Source of the DNA: Nitrospirota bacterium
GTDB taxonomy: Bacteria > Nitrospirota > Thermodesulfovibrionia > Thermodesulfovibrionales > Dissulfurispiraceae
Reading direction: 5' to 3'
Assembly (NCBI GenBank): GCA_963710375.1
Contig: CAVPZX010000006.1
Coordinates: 1-64,000, forward strand
DNA length: 64,000 nt
Below the pieces are notes generated by a model, which had not been told where the DNA came from, searched no databases, and was given only the letters and a program-made list of their open reading frames with translations. Positions within the stretch are counted from its first letter, which is position 1. The number at the start of each line of letters is the position of its first letter. The translations under genes and the position numbers were made by a program. Shown piece by piece: positions 19,263 to 30,350 of this stretch.

Positions 19263-19458
19263 TGTCCATTATATTAATAGAGGATGAGACATGTAACCGC
19301 GCAAAAAAACGTACAGTTCTATTTCGGTTAATATGTCATATTTCTAAATTGGCTTGAGAACTTCCCAACCCTTTGACAAACAAGGGGAAGTTACCGAGGA
19401 TATTGGTTAAAGATCCTGACCGGACAGAGATTATAAAGACCAAAAAAATAAGGGTAAA

Positions 19459-21759
19459 ATGGGTATCAGGTCAATAAGAATCCGCATCTTGGCGATAGTC
19501 TTTATCTCACTCCTTCCTATATTGTTGCTCTTGCTTTACAAGGCGTCGGAGCAGCGCGAGCAGGAGATGAACGCAATAAAGGCTGAATCACTCAATTCGG
19601 TGAAATTTATCTCCCTTGAGATAGAACATGAAATTGAAGAATCTCGCCAAATGCTCCTGTACGTTTCCAAATTGCCTGAGGTGCGGAATCTTGATTCAAT
19701 GGCCTGCAGTAATTTTTTTCCCAATATGAAGGACAAACTGCATAGCAGCTTATTTGCGGCAAAATCCAACGGCGACATTTTCTGCAGCTCGCTGCCTGAT
19801 AAAAAGAGCTTAAATGTTGCGGACACCTCCTGGTTTCAGCGTGCAGTCAAGACGCAACGCTTTTCTGTTGGAGAATATCAAACAGAGACGATGGCTCCTA
19901 GACACGTTATTTACGTGGGGTTACCGGTATTTGACAAGAAAAGACAAGTTAAGGCGGTCCTTGCTTCGGGCATCGACTTAAACAGGTTGAATGGCGAAAC
20001 TGAAAAACTCCAAAACACGGAAGGAATGTCAGTTTTTGCGATCGACCGCTCCGGGACGGTTATAGCCCGCTATCCCGATTCTGAAAGATGGCTTGGGAAA
20101 AACATTCTGGAGTCCGACATCACAAAGACGATTCTTAAGCAGCGGGAAGGGACTGTTGAGGGCAGGGGTTTGGCGGGCATTAAGCGAATATTTTCTTTCG
20201 CTCCGGTAAGGGGCACTGATATGGGTATTTTTGTATGCTTGGGCATATCTTCGGATATGGCATTTGCGAAAGTTAACCGAAAGCTGCTTCGTGACATCAT
20301 CTTACTGACGCTAACCGGATTTGCCGCAAGTTTGATTGCCTGGTTCGGGAGTGGTTTTTTTATCATGCACAGAATGAGAGAGCTTGCAGCAACAACAGAT
20401 GAACTGGCAAGCGGCAACCTGGGTGTACGGGCCAACATTTCAAGCCTCAATGATGAAATCGATCAATTTGCAATGAGCTTCAACAAGATGGCGGTGGGAC
20501 TTGAAAGGCATATAACTGAACGTGTTAATACCGAGAATGAACTCAAGAAGATGAGTTATCAAAAAGATCTGATCTTGAGATCGTCAGGGGAAGGTATCTT
20601 GGGGTTGGACATAAATGGAAATCATACGTTCGTAAATCCGTCGGCTGCCAAGATGCTCGGTTACGGAGAGGAAGAGCTAATAGGCCGGCACAGCCACTCG
20701 ACATGGCATCATACAAAGACTGATGGGATCGATTACCCTGAAGAAGAGTGCCCGATATATGAAACCTTAAACGACGGCAAATTTCAGCGCAAAAGACATG
20801 AAGTTTTCTGGAGGAAAGACGGATCGAGCTTTCCCGTATCGTATATGAGCTACCCTATTCAGGAAGAAGGAACAACGATCGGCGCAGTTGTCACTTTCCG
20901 TGACATAACGGAGCGCAAAAAAGCCGATGAATCACGCGAGAAACTGGAGCTGCAACTCCGCCATGCACAGAAAATGGAGGTGGTCGGGCAGCTTGCTGGA
21001 GGCCTGGCGCATGATTTTAACAATATTGTTAATGCGATGATGGGATTTGCCTCAATCTGCCAAATTGAAATGAAGGAAGACGACCCTTCATACAAGTATA
21101 TTGCCAACATTATCACTTTAAGTGAAAGGGCTGCAAATTTGACAAAAAGTCTTCTAACCTTCTCCAGAAAACAGGCAGTCAACCTGAAGCCGATAAATCT
21201 GAAGTACAGCGTAAAGACTGTTCTTGAGTTTATCGAAAAGATTGTCGGCAAGAATATAAAACTTGTTACAAACATGGCTGACGAAGATTTGATCGTTGTT
21301 GCGGACAACGACCAATTGGAACAGGTATTGATGAACCTGGCAGCCAATGCGCGTGACGCCATGCCCAAGGGAGGCACAATAAGCATAAATACCGAAGCGG
21401 TGGAAATCAACCGCGCATTCATAGACATCAACGGATTTGGCAGGGAAGGCAAATATGCCCTTATCACGGTGTCAGATACTGGAATCGGGATGGATGAGCA
21501 GACAAGGGAAAAACTGTTCGAGCCATTTTTTACGACAAAGGAAGTGGGCAAAGGGACAGGACTCGGACTTGCAATGGTGTATGGGATAATAAAGCAGCAC
21601 AATGGTTTTTTGAACGTTTACAGCGAACCCGGTCTTGGCGCCACATTCAAGATATATCTGCCGGCAGTTAAAATAATAGCGGAAGAGAGAAAAAAGGTGG
21701 TAACAGCAGGCACAAGAATGCAAAAGAGTGATGAGCAAGATAAGCTCATCACCCTTTAA
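19459..21759 (+). CDS. Cache-HAMP-PAS sensor histidine kinase
   Basis: Two TM segments, PAS ([12 protein letters not shown]), H-box LAHDFNN, N/G1/F/G2 boxes; no receiver domain. Confidence 0.9.
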   Translation: MGIRSIRIRILAIVFISLLPILLLLLYKASEQREQEMNAIKAESLNSVKFISLEIEHEIEESRQMLLYVSKLPEVRNLDSMACSNFFPNMKDKLHSSLFAAKSNGDIFCSSLPDKKSLNVADTSWFQRAVKTQRFSVGEYQTETMAPRHVIYVGLPVFDKKRQVKAVLASGIDLNRLNGETEKLQNTEGMSVFAIDRSGTVIARYPDSERWLGKNILESDITKTILKQREGTVEGRGLAGIKRIFSFAPVRGTDMGIFVCLGISSDMAFAKVNRKLLRDIILLTLTGFAASLIAWFGSGFFIMHRMRELAATTDELASGNLGVRANISSLNDEIDQFAMSFNKMAVGLERHITERVNTENELKKMSYQKDLILRSSGEGILGLDINGNHTFVNPSAAKMLGYGEEELIGRHSHSTWHHTKTDGIDYPEEECPIYETLNDGKFQRKRHEVFWRKDGSSFPVSYMSYPIQEEGTTIGAVVTFRDITERKKADESREKLELQLRHAQKMEVVGQLAGGLAHDFNNIVNAMMGFASICQIEMKEDDPSYKYIANIITLSERAANLTKSLLTFSRKQAVNLKPINLKYSVKTVLEFIEKIVGKNIKLVTNMADEDLIVVADNDQLEQVLMNLAANARDAMPKGGTISINTEAVEINRAFIDINGFGREGKYALITVSDTGIGMDEQTREKLFEPFFTTKEVGKGTGLGLAMVYGIIKQHNGFLNVYSEPGLGATFKIYLPAVKIIAEERKKVVTAGTRMQKSDEQDKLITL

Positions 21760-21820
21760 TGGAACAACTAAGGTGAGGTCCCCTGAAGTCCATATTCGAC
21801 TTCAGCGAAGGAAAATATAT

Positions 21821-21997
21821 TTATTTCAGCACTGTCAATTTGTCCATTATTCCCTTTAATACTGCCTCTTCCTCTTTCAGTTCTTCTTTGAAATCGTGTT
21901 TGGCACCTGAAGCAATCTCGCCCCTGAGTTCCGGTACATAGTCCTTAAGTACGCCTAAAAGCATGTCTTTTTCTTTACCTGTCAGTTCTAAGTTCAT
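21821..21997 (-). CDS. Small hypothetical protein (58 aa), not in the ORF track
   Basis: MNLELTGKEKDMLLGVLKDYVPELRGEIA...; AAGGAGG SD. Confidence 0.7.
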   Translation of the reverse strand: MNLELTGKEKDMLLGVLKDYVPELRGEIASGAKHDFKEELKEEEAVLKGIMDKLTVLK

Positions 21998-22292
21998 GTC
22001 AATCCTCCTTTCTTAAGTAATAGTACAACCTTTCTACCAAGGCAAGGGCTAAGATTTGATGATACACCTCCTTCTCCGTTGATGCCCCACTCTTAATTAC
22101 TATATATCATGAAAATTCAACCTAGTCAACGTGGTGATTGATCATTCTTCCGCTTTACAGGATATCTTCATTACTGTTAAGATAAACCATCTAATCAAAC
22201 TGCTGTACCCGGATAAAAGCTACATCAATAGCGGGCCCCGGAATACACCGGGGCTTTTTTTCGATTCCCGAACGCAGAAAAAAAAGGAGTTT

Positions 22293-23570
22293 ATGGAATT
22301 TAACGAATTTAATCTTCACCCGCATGTTGCAGCAGGAGTTACGGCAGCGGGCTACACGGCGACGACCCCAATCCAGACGCAGGCAATTCCGCTGGTAATG
22401 CAGGGGCGCGATGTAATGGGCCTGGCTCAGACCGGCACCGGCAAGACGGCTGCCTTTGTTCTTCCCATCCTGCATCGTCTGATGCAAGGGGAGCGCCGGC
22501 ATGTTCGTGCTCTTGTCATCGCGCCAACCCGCGAACTGGCGGAACAGATCAATGAGGCAATCGGAGTCCTGGGAAAGCGGACAGGACTGCGCAGCGTGAC
22601 CGTCTACGGAGGTGTGAGCTTCAATCCTCAGGCGTCCGGTCTAAGGCGCGGCGCAGAAATTGTTGTTGCATGTCCTGGACGTCTCCTTGACCACATCGGC
22701 CAGGGTACTATCAACCTCTCCCGCCTGGAAGTGCTTGTTCTCGACGAGGCTGACCATATGTTCGACATGGGTTTTCTCCCGGACATAAGGAGAATTTTGA
22801 AGCACCTGCCTAATCGGCGGCAGACCCTTCTTTTTTCAGCAACCATGCCCGAAGATATACGCAATCTTGCCGGTGACATTTTAAATGAGCCGGTGACCAT
22901 ACGGGTAAGCGATAATTCAGCGGCTGAAACCGTCAGTCATGCTCTCTACCCCGTCCCCCAGCACCTGAAGACATCACTTCTCCTCGAACTTTTGCACCGT
23001 ACCGACACCAAATCTGTGCTCATATTCACCCGTACCAAGCACCGTGCAAAACGCCTGGGTGAACAACTGGTAAAAACCGGATACCGTGCTGCATCGCTGC
23101 AGGGAAATCTATCCCAGGCTCGAAGGCAGGAAGCAATGAATGGTTTTCGCAACGGTACGTTCCAGATACTGGTGGCGACCGATATAGCCGCACGTGGGAT
23201 CGATGTGACCCGGGTCTCTCACGTTGTCAATTATGACATCCCAAGTACAACAGATGCATACATCCACCGTATTGGACGGACCGGTCGTGTTTCCTGCAAC
23301 GGCGATGCATACACTCTGGTGGCTGGTGATGACACTGATATGGTTCAAGCAATAGAGCGGGTCCTCGGTGGTCCGGTCGAACGCCGCACTCTTGAGGGAT
23401 TTGATTACGGCGTGGCCGCGCCGCGGAAGGACGGCGAGTTCAGACGCCCGCCACACCAACCCGCACCATCTCGTAAACCTGCCGGGGCAGTAAAGAATGC
23501 CGGATTCAAGAGCTATTCCTTCCGTTCAAAAAACAGCCCGGCGAAAAAGGCTGCAGCAAAACATTGGTAG
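22293..23570 (+). CDS. rhlE: DEAD-box RNA helicase (RhlE-like)
   Basis: AQTGTGKT, PTRELA, DEAD, SAT, HRIGRTGR; AAGGAG SD before ATG 22293. Confidence 0.85.
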   Translation: MEFNEFNLHPHVAAGVTAAGYTATTPIQTQAIPLVMQGRDVMGLAQTGTGKTAAFVLPILHRLMQGERRHVRALVIAPTRELAEQINEAIGVLGKRTGLRSVTVYGGVSFNPQASGLRRGAEIVVACPGRLLDHIGQGTINLSRLEVLVLDEADHMFDMGFLPDIRRILKHLPNRRQTLLFSATMPEDIRNLAGDILNEPVTIRVSDNSAAETVSHALYPVPQHLKTSLLLELLHRTDTKSVLIFTRTKHRAKRLGEQLVKTGYRAASLQGNLSQARRQEAMNGFRNGTFQILVATDIAARGIDVTRVSHVVNYDIPSTTDAYIHRIGRTGRVSCNGDAYTLVAGDDTDMVQAIERVLGGPVERRTLEGFDYGVAAPRKDGEFRRPPHQPAPSRKPAGAVKNAGFKSYSFRSKNSPAKKAAAKHW

Positions 23571-23626
23571 AGTGCGGGTGAAAGCTGTGATATACTTTAT
23601 TTAAGATGCTCTAAAATTCTTTTTAA

Positions 23627-23806
23627 GGGCTTGCGAATAAATAACTTGTGCATTCAGGCGCTCAGCTTTGGGTCAGATTTGGCTGATCCGACTGAGCAAA
23701 ACCGCAGGCGTAGCACAGCTACGTTGAGGATTTTGCGACTGAGGATCGGGCAAAGATGGCCTAAAGCTGAGATGCATCAATGTGCAAGTTATTTATTCGC
23801 GAGCCC
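23627..23806. mobile_element. MITE family A, copy 2 (180 bp)
   Basis: Reverse complement of 6178-6357 with few mismatches; same TIRs. Confidence 0.85.
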
Positions 23807-23819
23807 AAAGGGAGGCGTT

Positions 23820-24275
23820 ATGACTTTGCAAAGAGTAAGCGCGGAAAATCGGGCTGCAATGGACAGAGAATTGCTCAAATCGCTCAGGAAATGGGTAAGC
23901 ATTGAAGACCAGACAATCAAGAGTTGTACTGCAATCCTTAACAAGGCGAAAAATCCTATCATTGGGACTTTAACTGCCGCGATCAGGAACGATTCAGAAA
24001 AACACAAATCAATCCTTCAGATGGTCATCGATGGGATGACCCAAAAAGGTTTTGTGCTTTCTCCGGATGATCTTGCAGGAGTGGCTTCTTTGTTAAACAA
24101 GCATATTACCATTGAGCAGAAATCGATCGAAACCGCCACTCAGGCGCTTGAGTTAAGTCGTGACCCCATAATTACACAGATGCTGAAACTTATACTGGAA
24201 GACGAGAAGAAGCACAAAAAAATGGCTTCTCAAATGAATGACCTCAAATTCATGGTTGCGGCGAAAGTAACATAA
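23820..24275 (+). CDS. Ferritin-like/rubrerythrin-fold protein
   Basis: Two E...ExxH helix pairs (IEDQ...SEKH; IEQK...DEKKH); GGAGG SD; the listed upstream extension is MITE sequence. Confidence 0.7.
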   Translation: MTLQRVSAENRAAMDRELLKSLRKWVSIEDQTIKSCTAILNKAKNPIIGTLTAAIRNDSEKHKSILQMVIDGMTQKGFVLSPDDLAGVASLLNKHITIEQKSIETATQALELSRDPIITQMLKLILEDEKKHKKMASQMNDLKFMVAAKVT

Positions 24276-24286
24276 GCCAAAGGAAT

Positions 24287-24376
24287 AGGTAGAGGTAAAG
24301 GTTGAGGTTGAGCAAAAACAAAAGCAACAATAGGCTTAATGGGGCATTTTCTATCCCTCTACCTTTACCTCTACCT
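24287..24376. repeat. Hexamer-based palindromic repeat between convergent genes
   Basis: (AGGTAG/AGGTAA/AGGTTG)n facing (CTACCT/TTACCT)n. Confidence 0.7.
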
Positions 24377-24385
24377 CTGTATAAC

Positions 24386-25138
24386 TTATAAAATACGTAT
24401 CAGTTCTTCTGCCGCCTGGCAGAGGTTTCGTGAAGCCAGCCATGCATTTTTTCCCATTCTGATGCTGGAAGTGATGAGCGCAGGATTGCCCAAAATTATT
24501 CTTAGGGCCCCCGCAAGACTATAGTTGCCGTATGCGTCGGTCACACCGAAAAGCTCTGGTGGTATCTCCTCGTGAGCCCTGTCAGTCACCGCCCGGATTG
24601 CAAAAAACGGCAGGCCCTCCCGCATCGAGAGTTTAGCCAGAGGAAATGTTTCCATATCACATACCGGGAAGGACAACCCCTGCAGCAAGTCCCTTTCGAT
24701 TTCAGATTTGATTAACCTGTGGCTCAGCGTCAAAATGCTTCCCTCCTTTACAATATCAGCGCACTTCATTTTCTTCATAACATCACTTACACCCGGGACC
24801 TCCAGGTAATTCTGATGTCTGTCAGCGGTTTCTTCAGCTGCGTCCGGGTAAAGCAGAACACGCGAGGCTGCGATGAGGTCTCCGATGCGGGCTCCATCAT
24901 ATAAAGCTCCGCCAAATCCGGAAGAGATGACGTAATCAGGACGGTATTCTTCGTTTATATAGTTCCACGCGGCTTCCGACTTAATGGTACCCATTCCGCT
25001 CTGGACTATAATAATTTCTTTGGAAGCAGCACGGGCTGACCATATGATAAGTGGAGAATTTCTGACTCTTTCTGCCCTGAGTTTCTTTATTATGTACGTC
25101 AGTTCATGGGGAAACGCTGAAAAAAGTGCCAATTTCAT
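24386..25138 (-). CDS. Nucleoside phosphorylase family protein (HpnG/MTA-SAH nucleosidase-like)
   Basis: SGMG, SSGFGGAL, CDMET and IRAVTD motifs. Confidence 0.75.
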   Translation of the reverse strand: MKLALFSAFPHELTYIIKKLRAERVRNSPLIIWSARAASKEIIIVQSGMGTIKSEAAWNYINEEYRPDYVISSGFGGALYDGARIGDLIAASRVLLYPDAAEETADRHQNYLEVPGVSDVMKKMKCADIVKEGSILTLSHRLIKSEIERDLLQGLSFPVCDMETFPLAKLSMREGLPFFAIRAVTDRAHEEIPPELFGVTDAYGNYSLAGALRIILGNPALITSSIRMGKNAWLASRNLCQAAEELIRIL

Positions 25139-25169
25139 GATATGCTTTCAAGTATACCATGACTCAAAG

Positions 25170-25352
25170 TGCAATTCAGACATTACGGGGTAATTTTTCT
25201 TTGCGAGCGATTAGCCCACTGTGCCAGCCCTGCTGTCCGTACGGAAAATCATCCGTGTTCCAGTTGAATATGTGGGCTCGGCGTTACTCGCCCACTGCAG
25301 ATAACCCAGGCGCTCGACTGCAGAAAAACAACCCCGTACTGTCTGAATTGCA
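25170..25352. mobile_element. MITE family B (about 183 bp)
   Basis: About 31-bp TIRs TGCAATTCAGACATTACGGGGTAATTTTTCT with 3 mismatches. Confidence 0.65.
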
Positions 25353-25364
25353 TTAATTCAAAAC

Positions 25365-26495
25365 ATGTCAGTAATACCGCTGTTACTGGTCATCTCATCC
25401 GGCATTTATAGTCTGTTTGCCCTTTTTTGCGTCATGGAGTTCTTCAGGCCTGGAAAGCTGGAATTTAAAGATATGCCCCCGGCGCCAATTTCTATTCTTA
25501 AGCCGCTCAGCGGTCAGGACCCTGAATTGTATGAAAACATTCAAAGCTTCTGCTCACAGAACTATCCGGAATACGAAGTTCTTCTTGGCGTTACCGATCC
25601 GAACGATGCCGCAATCAAAGCAGCTGAGAAATTACAACGGCAGTCCTCAGTCAAAATTGTAGTGAGCGAAAGAAGCCTTGGCACAAACCGCAAAGTGTCA
25701 AATCTCGGCGGTCTCGCAGAAGCTGCGCGCTATCCTCTGCTTGCTGTGAGCGACAGCGATATGAGAGTGGACAGTTCCTACTTAAAGCACATTGCAGAGG
25801 AGTACTTCAGCGGGGAAAATACAGGCCTTGTCACTTCACTTTATAAAATTTCCGATCCGGTATCTGCAGGAGCTGCTTTTGAATCCCTGACGATCGCCCT
25901 CGACGTCATTCCCTCAGTATTGGTGGCCAGGCGGCTTGAAGGCGTTACTTTCGGATTAGGCGCCTCAATGCTGTTCTCGATGGAAGCGCTTAATGCAATA
26001 GGCGGATTTGAGGCTATTGCCGATTACCTGGCTGACGACTACCAGATCGGCAACAGACTATGGCAGAAAGGATATAAGATCGTTCTTTCCAGATATGTGC
26101 TCGAGGATAGGGCCGGTGCAATGAGCATAGCCGGGCACCTGAAGCACCAAATACGATGGGCCCGTACCTATAGGGCCTGCAGGCCGAAAGGCTTCCTTGG
26201 ATACGGTATTACTTACGTCTTCCCCATTTCTTGCCTGTTATTTATAATGCAAGGACCTACCATCCTCTCATTAACTGCTATATGCGCTGCTGTCGGTCTC
26301 AGACTGTGGCTCGCCCTCGAGATATGTAAGAAAGTCATCCGTTCAAAAAAGTGGCTTCGGTGGCTTATACTCATGCCTGTTAAAGATATACTGGGCTTCG
26401 GCATATGGATATGGAGTCTTTTAGGATCGGTGGTGAATTGGAGGGGTAGCCGTTATCTGATTTTAAAAGGTGGCAAAATCAGGAAAATGCCATGA
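25365..26495 (+). CDS. hpnI: GT2 glycosyltransferase, HpnI/ceramide glucosyltransferase-like
   Basis: ISILKPL, NRKVSNL, SDSD, LADDY, HQIRWART. Confidence 0.75.
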   Translation: MSVIPLLLVISSGIYSLFALFCVMEFFRPGKLEFKDMPPAPISILKPLSGQDPELYENIQSFCSQNYPEYEVLLGVTDPNDAAIKAAEKLQRQSSVKIVVSERSLGTNRKVSNLGGLAEAARYPLLAVSDSDMRVDSSYLKHIAEEYFSGENTGLVTSLYKISDPVSAGAAFESLTIALDVIPSVLVARRLEGVTFGLGASMLFSMEALNAIGGFEAIADYLADDYQIGNRLWQKGYKIVLSRYVLEDRAGAMSIAGHLKHQIRWARTYRACRPKGFLGYGITYVFPISCLLFIMQGPTILSLTAICAAVGLRLWLALEICKKVIRSKKWLRWLILMPVKDILGFGIWIWSLLGSVVNWRGSRYLILKGGKIRKMP

Positions 26496-26509
26496 GTATT
26501 GATTTGTTT

Positions 26510-27556
26510 TTAAAAATATGCCTGTATCTTCTGGGCCAATTCCTCAGGCGTATTTATGATCAATTCAGAATGGAGCATTTTCTGGAGAAAATAATCATCA
26601 TTCCTGTAATTCGGATAAAGGTTCTGTCTGGTAATCATTTTTAACAGGCAATGGAAACCCTCCTTTGGAGATTTACGGACAGAAAACAGGGAAAAGTTGA
26701 AGCTCAGATGCCCGAGACTTTCGTAAAACGAGAGCACCCTGGAAATACCGCCGGAAAGGTCACTCAAGTCTGCTTCTGAAAGCAGCCCCAAGTCGCACTC
26801 TTTTTCATGCACGGCAATAACCTCGTTGCTGCCCATCGGAGAGAAGGCTGTAAGCAAGTGCCATCCGCCTCTCTGCACTATATATCGGGAGCCGTTTTTC
26901 TTTTCTTCTTCGATTAGGTCGGAATAATACGATGAATTATTCTTCTGATAATAAGTGAGGCTTGTATCGATGATCCTTTCGTGATATGAATACGCCATGG
27001 GTGTAACGAGCATTTGGAGGTGGGGATGGACTAAGGAGGCCCCTGCGGGAAACAGATAATTTGCGCTGACTACCGAGTATAATGCTGACCGGTCCTTGGC
27101 ATATACCATGTTAAGGAATTTCTGCGCCGCCCTGAGACCATTTCCGATCAGTTCAGGAGCGAATTCGGAAAGCTTCAGAAAATGGGCACTGCTCAGAGAA
27201 ATAACAGGATGGTATTTTCCTGCGCCATAGAGATTTGCAAACAGTATGGCCTCTCCCACTCTTATACGTCCATCCGGGATGACATCAGGCGGGTATTGAG
27301 CCGTGACCTTCCCGACACGTTCACCGCAAAATATGCAGTTCTTTGCGCTCCCCTCAACTAATACTCTTACAAGCTCGGCATCGCACTCGCCAAAATAATA
27401 TTTAGCTTTATCTTTGTAAAAGGGATTATAAACACTAGTATCGCCAAGGAGCGGATCCCTTCGCACCTCGACCAGATGAGATTCTTCGGCAAAATCCTTA
27501 AACGGGTTCAGTATCTTGAAATTAGATTGAATGGACTCAAATTTTATTTTGGACAT
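26510..27556 (-). CDS. Galactose-1-phosphate uridylyltransferase-like protein
   Basis: EVRRDPL, CIFC and GASLVHPHLQ (HxHxQ). Confidence 0.75.
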   Translation of the reverse strand: MSKIKFESIQSNFKILNPFKDFAEESHLVEVRRDPLLGDTSVYNPFYKDKAKYYFGECDAELVRVLVEGSAKNCIFCGERVGKVTAQYPPDVIPDGRIRVGEAILFANLYGAGKYHPVISLSSAHFLKLSEFAPELIGNGLRAAQKFLNMVYAKDRSALYSVVSANYLFPAGASLVHPHLQMLVTPMAYSYHERIIDTSLTYYQKNNSSYYSDLIEEEKKNGSRYIVQRGGWHLLTAFSPMGSNEVIAVHEKECDLGLLSEADLSDLSGGISRVLSFYESLGHLSFNFSLFSVRKSPKEGFHCLLKMITRQNLYPNYRNDDYFLQKMLHSELIINTPEELAQKIQAYF

Positions 27557-27714
27557 GCACCGCCTCCTTTTTGCCGTATATCACCACCCCGTAATTCTAA
27601 TTGAAATCTGCCTGGTTTGACAATCTCTGTCAACACAGAGTCCTTTGCCGCCTCTTGCGCTGAACATGCGGGGTGTTTTATCTTTTAGTTAGCCAACTAT
27701 ACGGGAGGGAAACA

Positions 27715-27882
27715 ATGGAGAGGGAGAATGAAATTACAGTAACAGTGAAATTGGTTTTCAGTGTCAATATTCCTGAAACGATAAAAACATCCAGGAACGT
27801 GCTGGCGGATTATCTGGTCAATAAGCTGTCCGCGGACGTCAACTGGGCGACAATTAAAAATAGGACAATTATTGCTGAGTAA
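27715..27882 (+). CDS. Small hypothetical protein (55 aa)
   Basis: GGAGG SD before ATG 27715. Confidence 0.45.
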   Translation: MERENEITVTVKLVFSVNIPETIKTSRNVLADYLVNKLSADVNWATIKNRTIIAE

Positions 27883-27920
27883 GCCCACATTATCAATCAA
27901 TTTATGCTCCTTGTATAAAT

Positions 27921-30350
27921 TTATTGATACAGCAGGTATTTGGCTCTCAGTTTAAGGAATTGTTCCAGCGGACCCTGCCAAAGCAACTCAGCGTATTGCG
28001 GGTCCTTGCCCTGCTTTATGGCCTGCAGCACATTCCGCTCACCGATAAGTCCCAATGTTTTATCAAGCTGAAAATCCCGCGGATAGAGCCGATATAGTGC
28101 TCCTATGATCTCTACTCCCATGACCCCCGGATCAAGTATCCGGCGGTCCATAATCGTAATCTTGATCCCATGGCATATTTTGTTCTTATATATATCGCTG
28201 CCAGGCATAAAATCGACAGGCGTAAATCTAACACCGGCAATTCTGCGGCTGTTTAAATATTCGACCAACTTGCCGGCATCGATCCACGGGGCCCCGAGAA
28301 GTTCAAAAGGCGTCTCAGTCCCTCTGCCCACGCTCACGTTGGCGCCTTCGGCCATTGCCACGCCGGGATAGAGGATGGCTTCAGTAAGACTGCGTATGTT
28401 CGGCGATGGATTTACCCATTTGAGTCCTGTCTCATCATACCAATCGGTACGCCGATATCCCTGCATCTTTATAACGTGCAGCTTCGCGCCGAGCTTATAT
28501 TCATTGTTAAACATTTCTGCCAGTTCGCCGACAGTCATCCCGTACCGCACCGGCATCGGGAAGTAGCCGGTGAAACATCTCAGGTCGCTGTCCATAACAG
28601 GCCCTTGCACCAGTGAGCTATTGATCGGGTCCGGACGGTCAAGCACGTAAAAATCGATCCCTTTTTGCGCAGCGGCCTCCATCGCATATCCCATCGTACT
28701 AATGTAGGTGTAAAAACGGACTCCGGCATCCTGGATATCAAACACCAGCGCATCCAGTCCCTTGAGCATACGATCGGTTGGCCTCCTTACGTCACCGTAA
28801 AGACTGTAAACCGGCAGTCCTGTTGTCGGCTCTATTGTGGAACTGACTTTCTCATCAATTTTCCCGTAGAGCCCGTGTTCAGGGCTGAACACGGCAGCCA
28901 GCCTTACTCCGGGAGCTCTGTAAAAAAGATCGAGCGTGCGCCGCCCCTCTGCATCCAGGCCGGTGTGATTGGTAATAAGTCCCACCCGTTTTCCCAGTAG
29001 TGATGAATAATTTTCTTCACCAAGCACATCGATTCCTGTCAGCACCCTCCCTTCGCTTAAACCGGCATTATTCTTCGGCAAATTAAAGTAGCGGGTCAGC
29101 AACGGCTGCCTGGCCACAATCTGTTCCGGGGATACAGGCCCTATTGCATCGGCAACAAGGGCCTTAATGTCTGCCCTAAGCGCTTTTACGTCTCCCTTGC
29201 CGTCAGGATGGACTCGGTTGGTAAGGACAATTACATAGACTTTTGAAATAGGATCGATCCAGAGCGCTGTTCCCGTAAAGCCAAGGTGCCCATAAGAACC
29301 TACCGGAGGCAGTTCATCGCGGTTCGATGCGAGGGGAGGCCCGATATCCCACCCAAGGCCCCTTAGCGTTCTCCCGCCTGGAGGCGACTGCGGGGTTGTC
29401 ATCTTGTCAACCGTGGCAGTTTTCAGAATGCGCACACGGCCTATTTTGCCGCCATTCAGGAGCATCCGGGCAAAACGGGAAAGGTCATCAGCAGTGGAAA
29501 AAAGTCCGGCATGGCCTGCCATGCCGCCCATCTTTAAGCACGCAGGGTCATGAACTATCCCACATCGCATATTCCCCTCATAATACTCGGTCGGAGCTAT
29601 GCGGGCACGAATGCGCCGTGACGGGTTAAAGACCGTATCTGCCATGCCTAGAGGTTTGAAAATGTATTTTGAACAATATATATTTAGCGGCTTTCCCGAG
29701 ACCCTCCGTACGATGTCACCCAGGATTTCGAAATTGATGTCACTGTAAATAAAACATGTGCCGGGCCTGCACTCTGGTTTCTCGCTCACAATCCTGCGCA
29801 TAGCGCTTTTGTAACCGGACCATCCCGGTTTCAGGTCGAGGTCAGGCCTGAGTCCGGAATAGTGTGTCAGCAACTGACGCACAGTAATGTCCTTTTTACC
29901 CTTTGCCCTGAATGCCGGCCAATACCTGGCAACAGGAGCGTCGAGCCTCAGTTTGCCTTTTTCCGCTAATTGCATTATTGCAGTGGTAGTGGCGACAACC
30001 TTGGTAAGAGATGCAACATCAAAAATGGTCTCTTCAGTCATAGGTAATTGCCTGGGCTCGAGGGAACGATATCCGAAGGCGCGGCGGTAGACAACTCCTT
30101 CAGGTGTTCCCACAACTATAACCGCGCCCGGGATCTTGCCCTCGCGCAGATCTTTTTCGACAATGTCCCGGACAGGTTCCAGTTTCTCTGCGAACTGCTT
30201 TATCAGGATATCGGGTTGATGTTTTGGTTGCAGCTGTTGCTGCTCAGGAGCATGCTCCGCAGCAGCAGCCGGCATAATGACAGCGCCTGCGAGCGCGAAC
30301 AGCATAAAAAACAACGAGGGCACTAGGGGGAGTCGGTTACCCCGGACCAT
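27921..30350 (-). CDS. Serine hydrolase (beta-lactamase fold) fused to DUF1343/NamZ muramidase domain, exported
   Basis: Signal peptide; SLTK, YSD, GHLG; VGLITNHTG, FSPEHG, FDIQD, PSPN. Confidence 0.85.
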   Translation of the reverse strand: MVRGNRLPLVPSLFFMLFALAGAVIMPAAAAEHAPEQQQLQPKHQPDILIKQFAEKLEPVRDIVEKDLREGKIPGAVIVVGTPEGVVYRRAFGYRSLEPRQLPMTEETIFDVASLTKVVATTTAIMQLAEKGKLRLDAPVARYWPAFRAKGKKDITVRQLLTHYSGLRPDLDLKPGWSGYKSAMRRIVSEKPECRPGTCFIYSDINFEILGDIVRRVSGKPLNIYCSKYIFKPLGMADTVFNPSRRIRARIAPTEYYEGNMRCGIVHDPACLKMGGMAGHAGLFSTADDLSRFARMLLNGGKIGRVRILKTATVDKMTTPQSPPGGRTLRGLGWDIGPPLASNRDELPPVGSYGHLGFTGTALWIDPISKVYVIVLTNRVHPDGKGDVKALRADIKALVADAIGPVSPEQIVARQPLLTRYFNLPKNNAGLSEGRVLTGIDVLGEENYSSLLGKRVGLITNHTGLDAEGRRTLDLFYRAPGVRLAAVFSPEHGLYGKIDEKVSSTIEPTTGLPVYSLYGDVRRPTDRMLKGLDALVFDIQDAGVRFYTYISTMGYAMEAAAQKGIDFYVLDRPDPINSSLVQGPVMDSDLRCFTGYFPMPVRYGMTVGELAEMFNNEYKLGAKLHVIKMQGYRRTDWYDETGLKWVNPSPNIRSLTEAILYPGVAMAEGANVSVGRGTETPFELLGAPWIDAGKLVEYLNSRRIAGVRFTPVDFMPGSDIYKNKICHGIKITIMDRRILDPGVMGVEIIGALYRLYPRDFQLDKTLGLIGERNVLQAIKQGKDPQYAELLWQGPLEQFLKLRAKYLLYQ

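Noticed and set aside
23631..23819. Shared peptides [13 protein letters not shown] / IQALSFGSDLADPTEQ in several ORFs
   Set aside because: Translations of MITE family A, not a protein domain.
27921..30350. Beta-lactamase resistance gene
   Set aside because: Fusion to DUF1343/NamZ indicates peptidoglycan processing, not demonstrable resistance.
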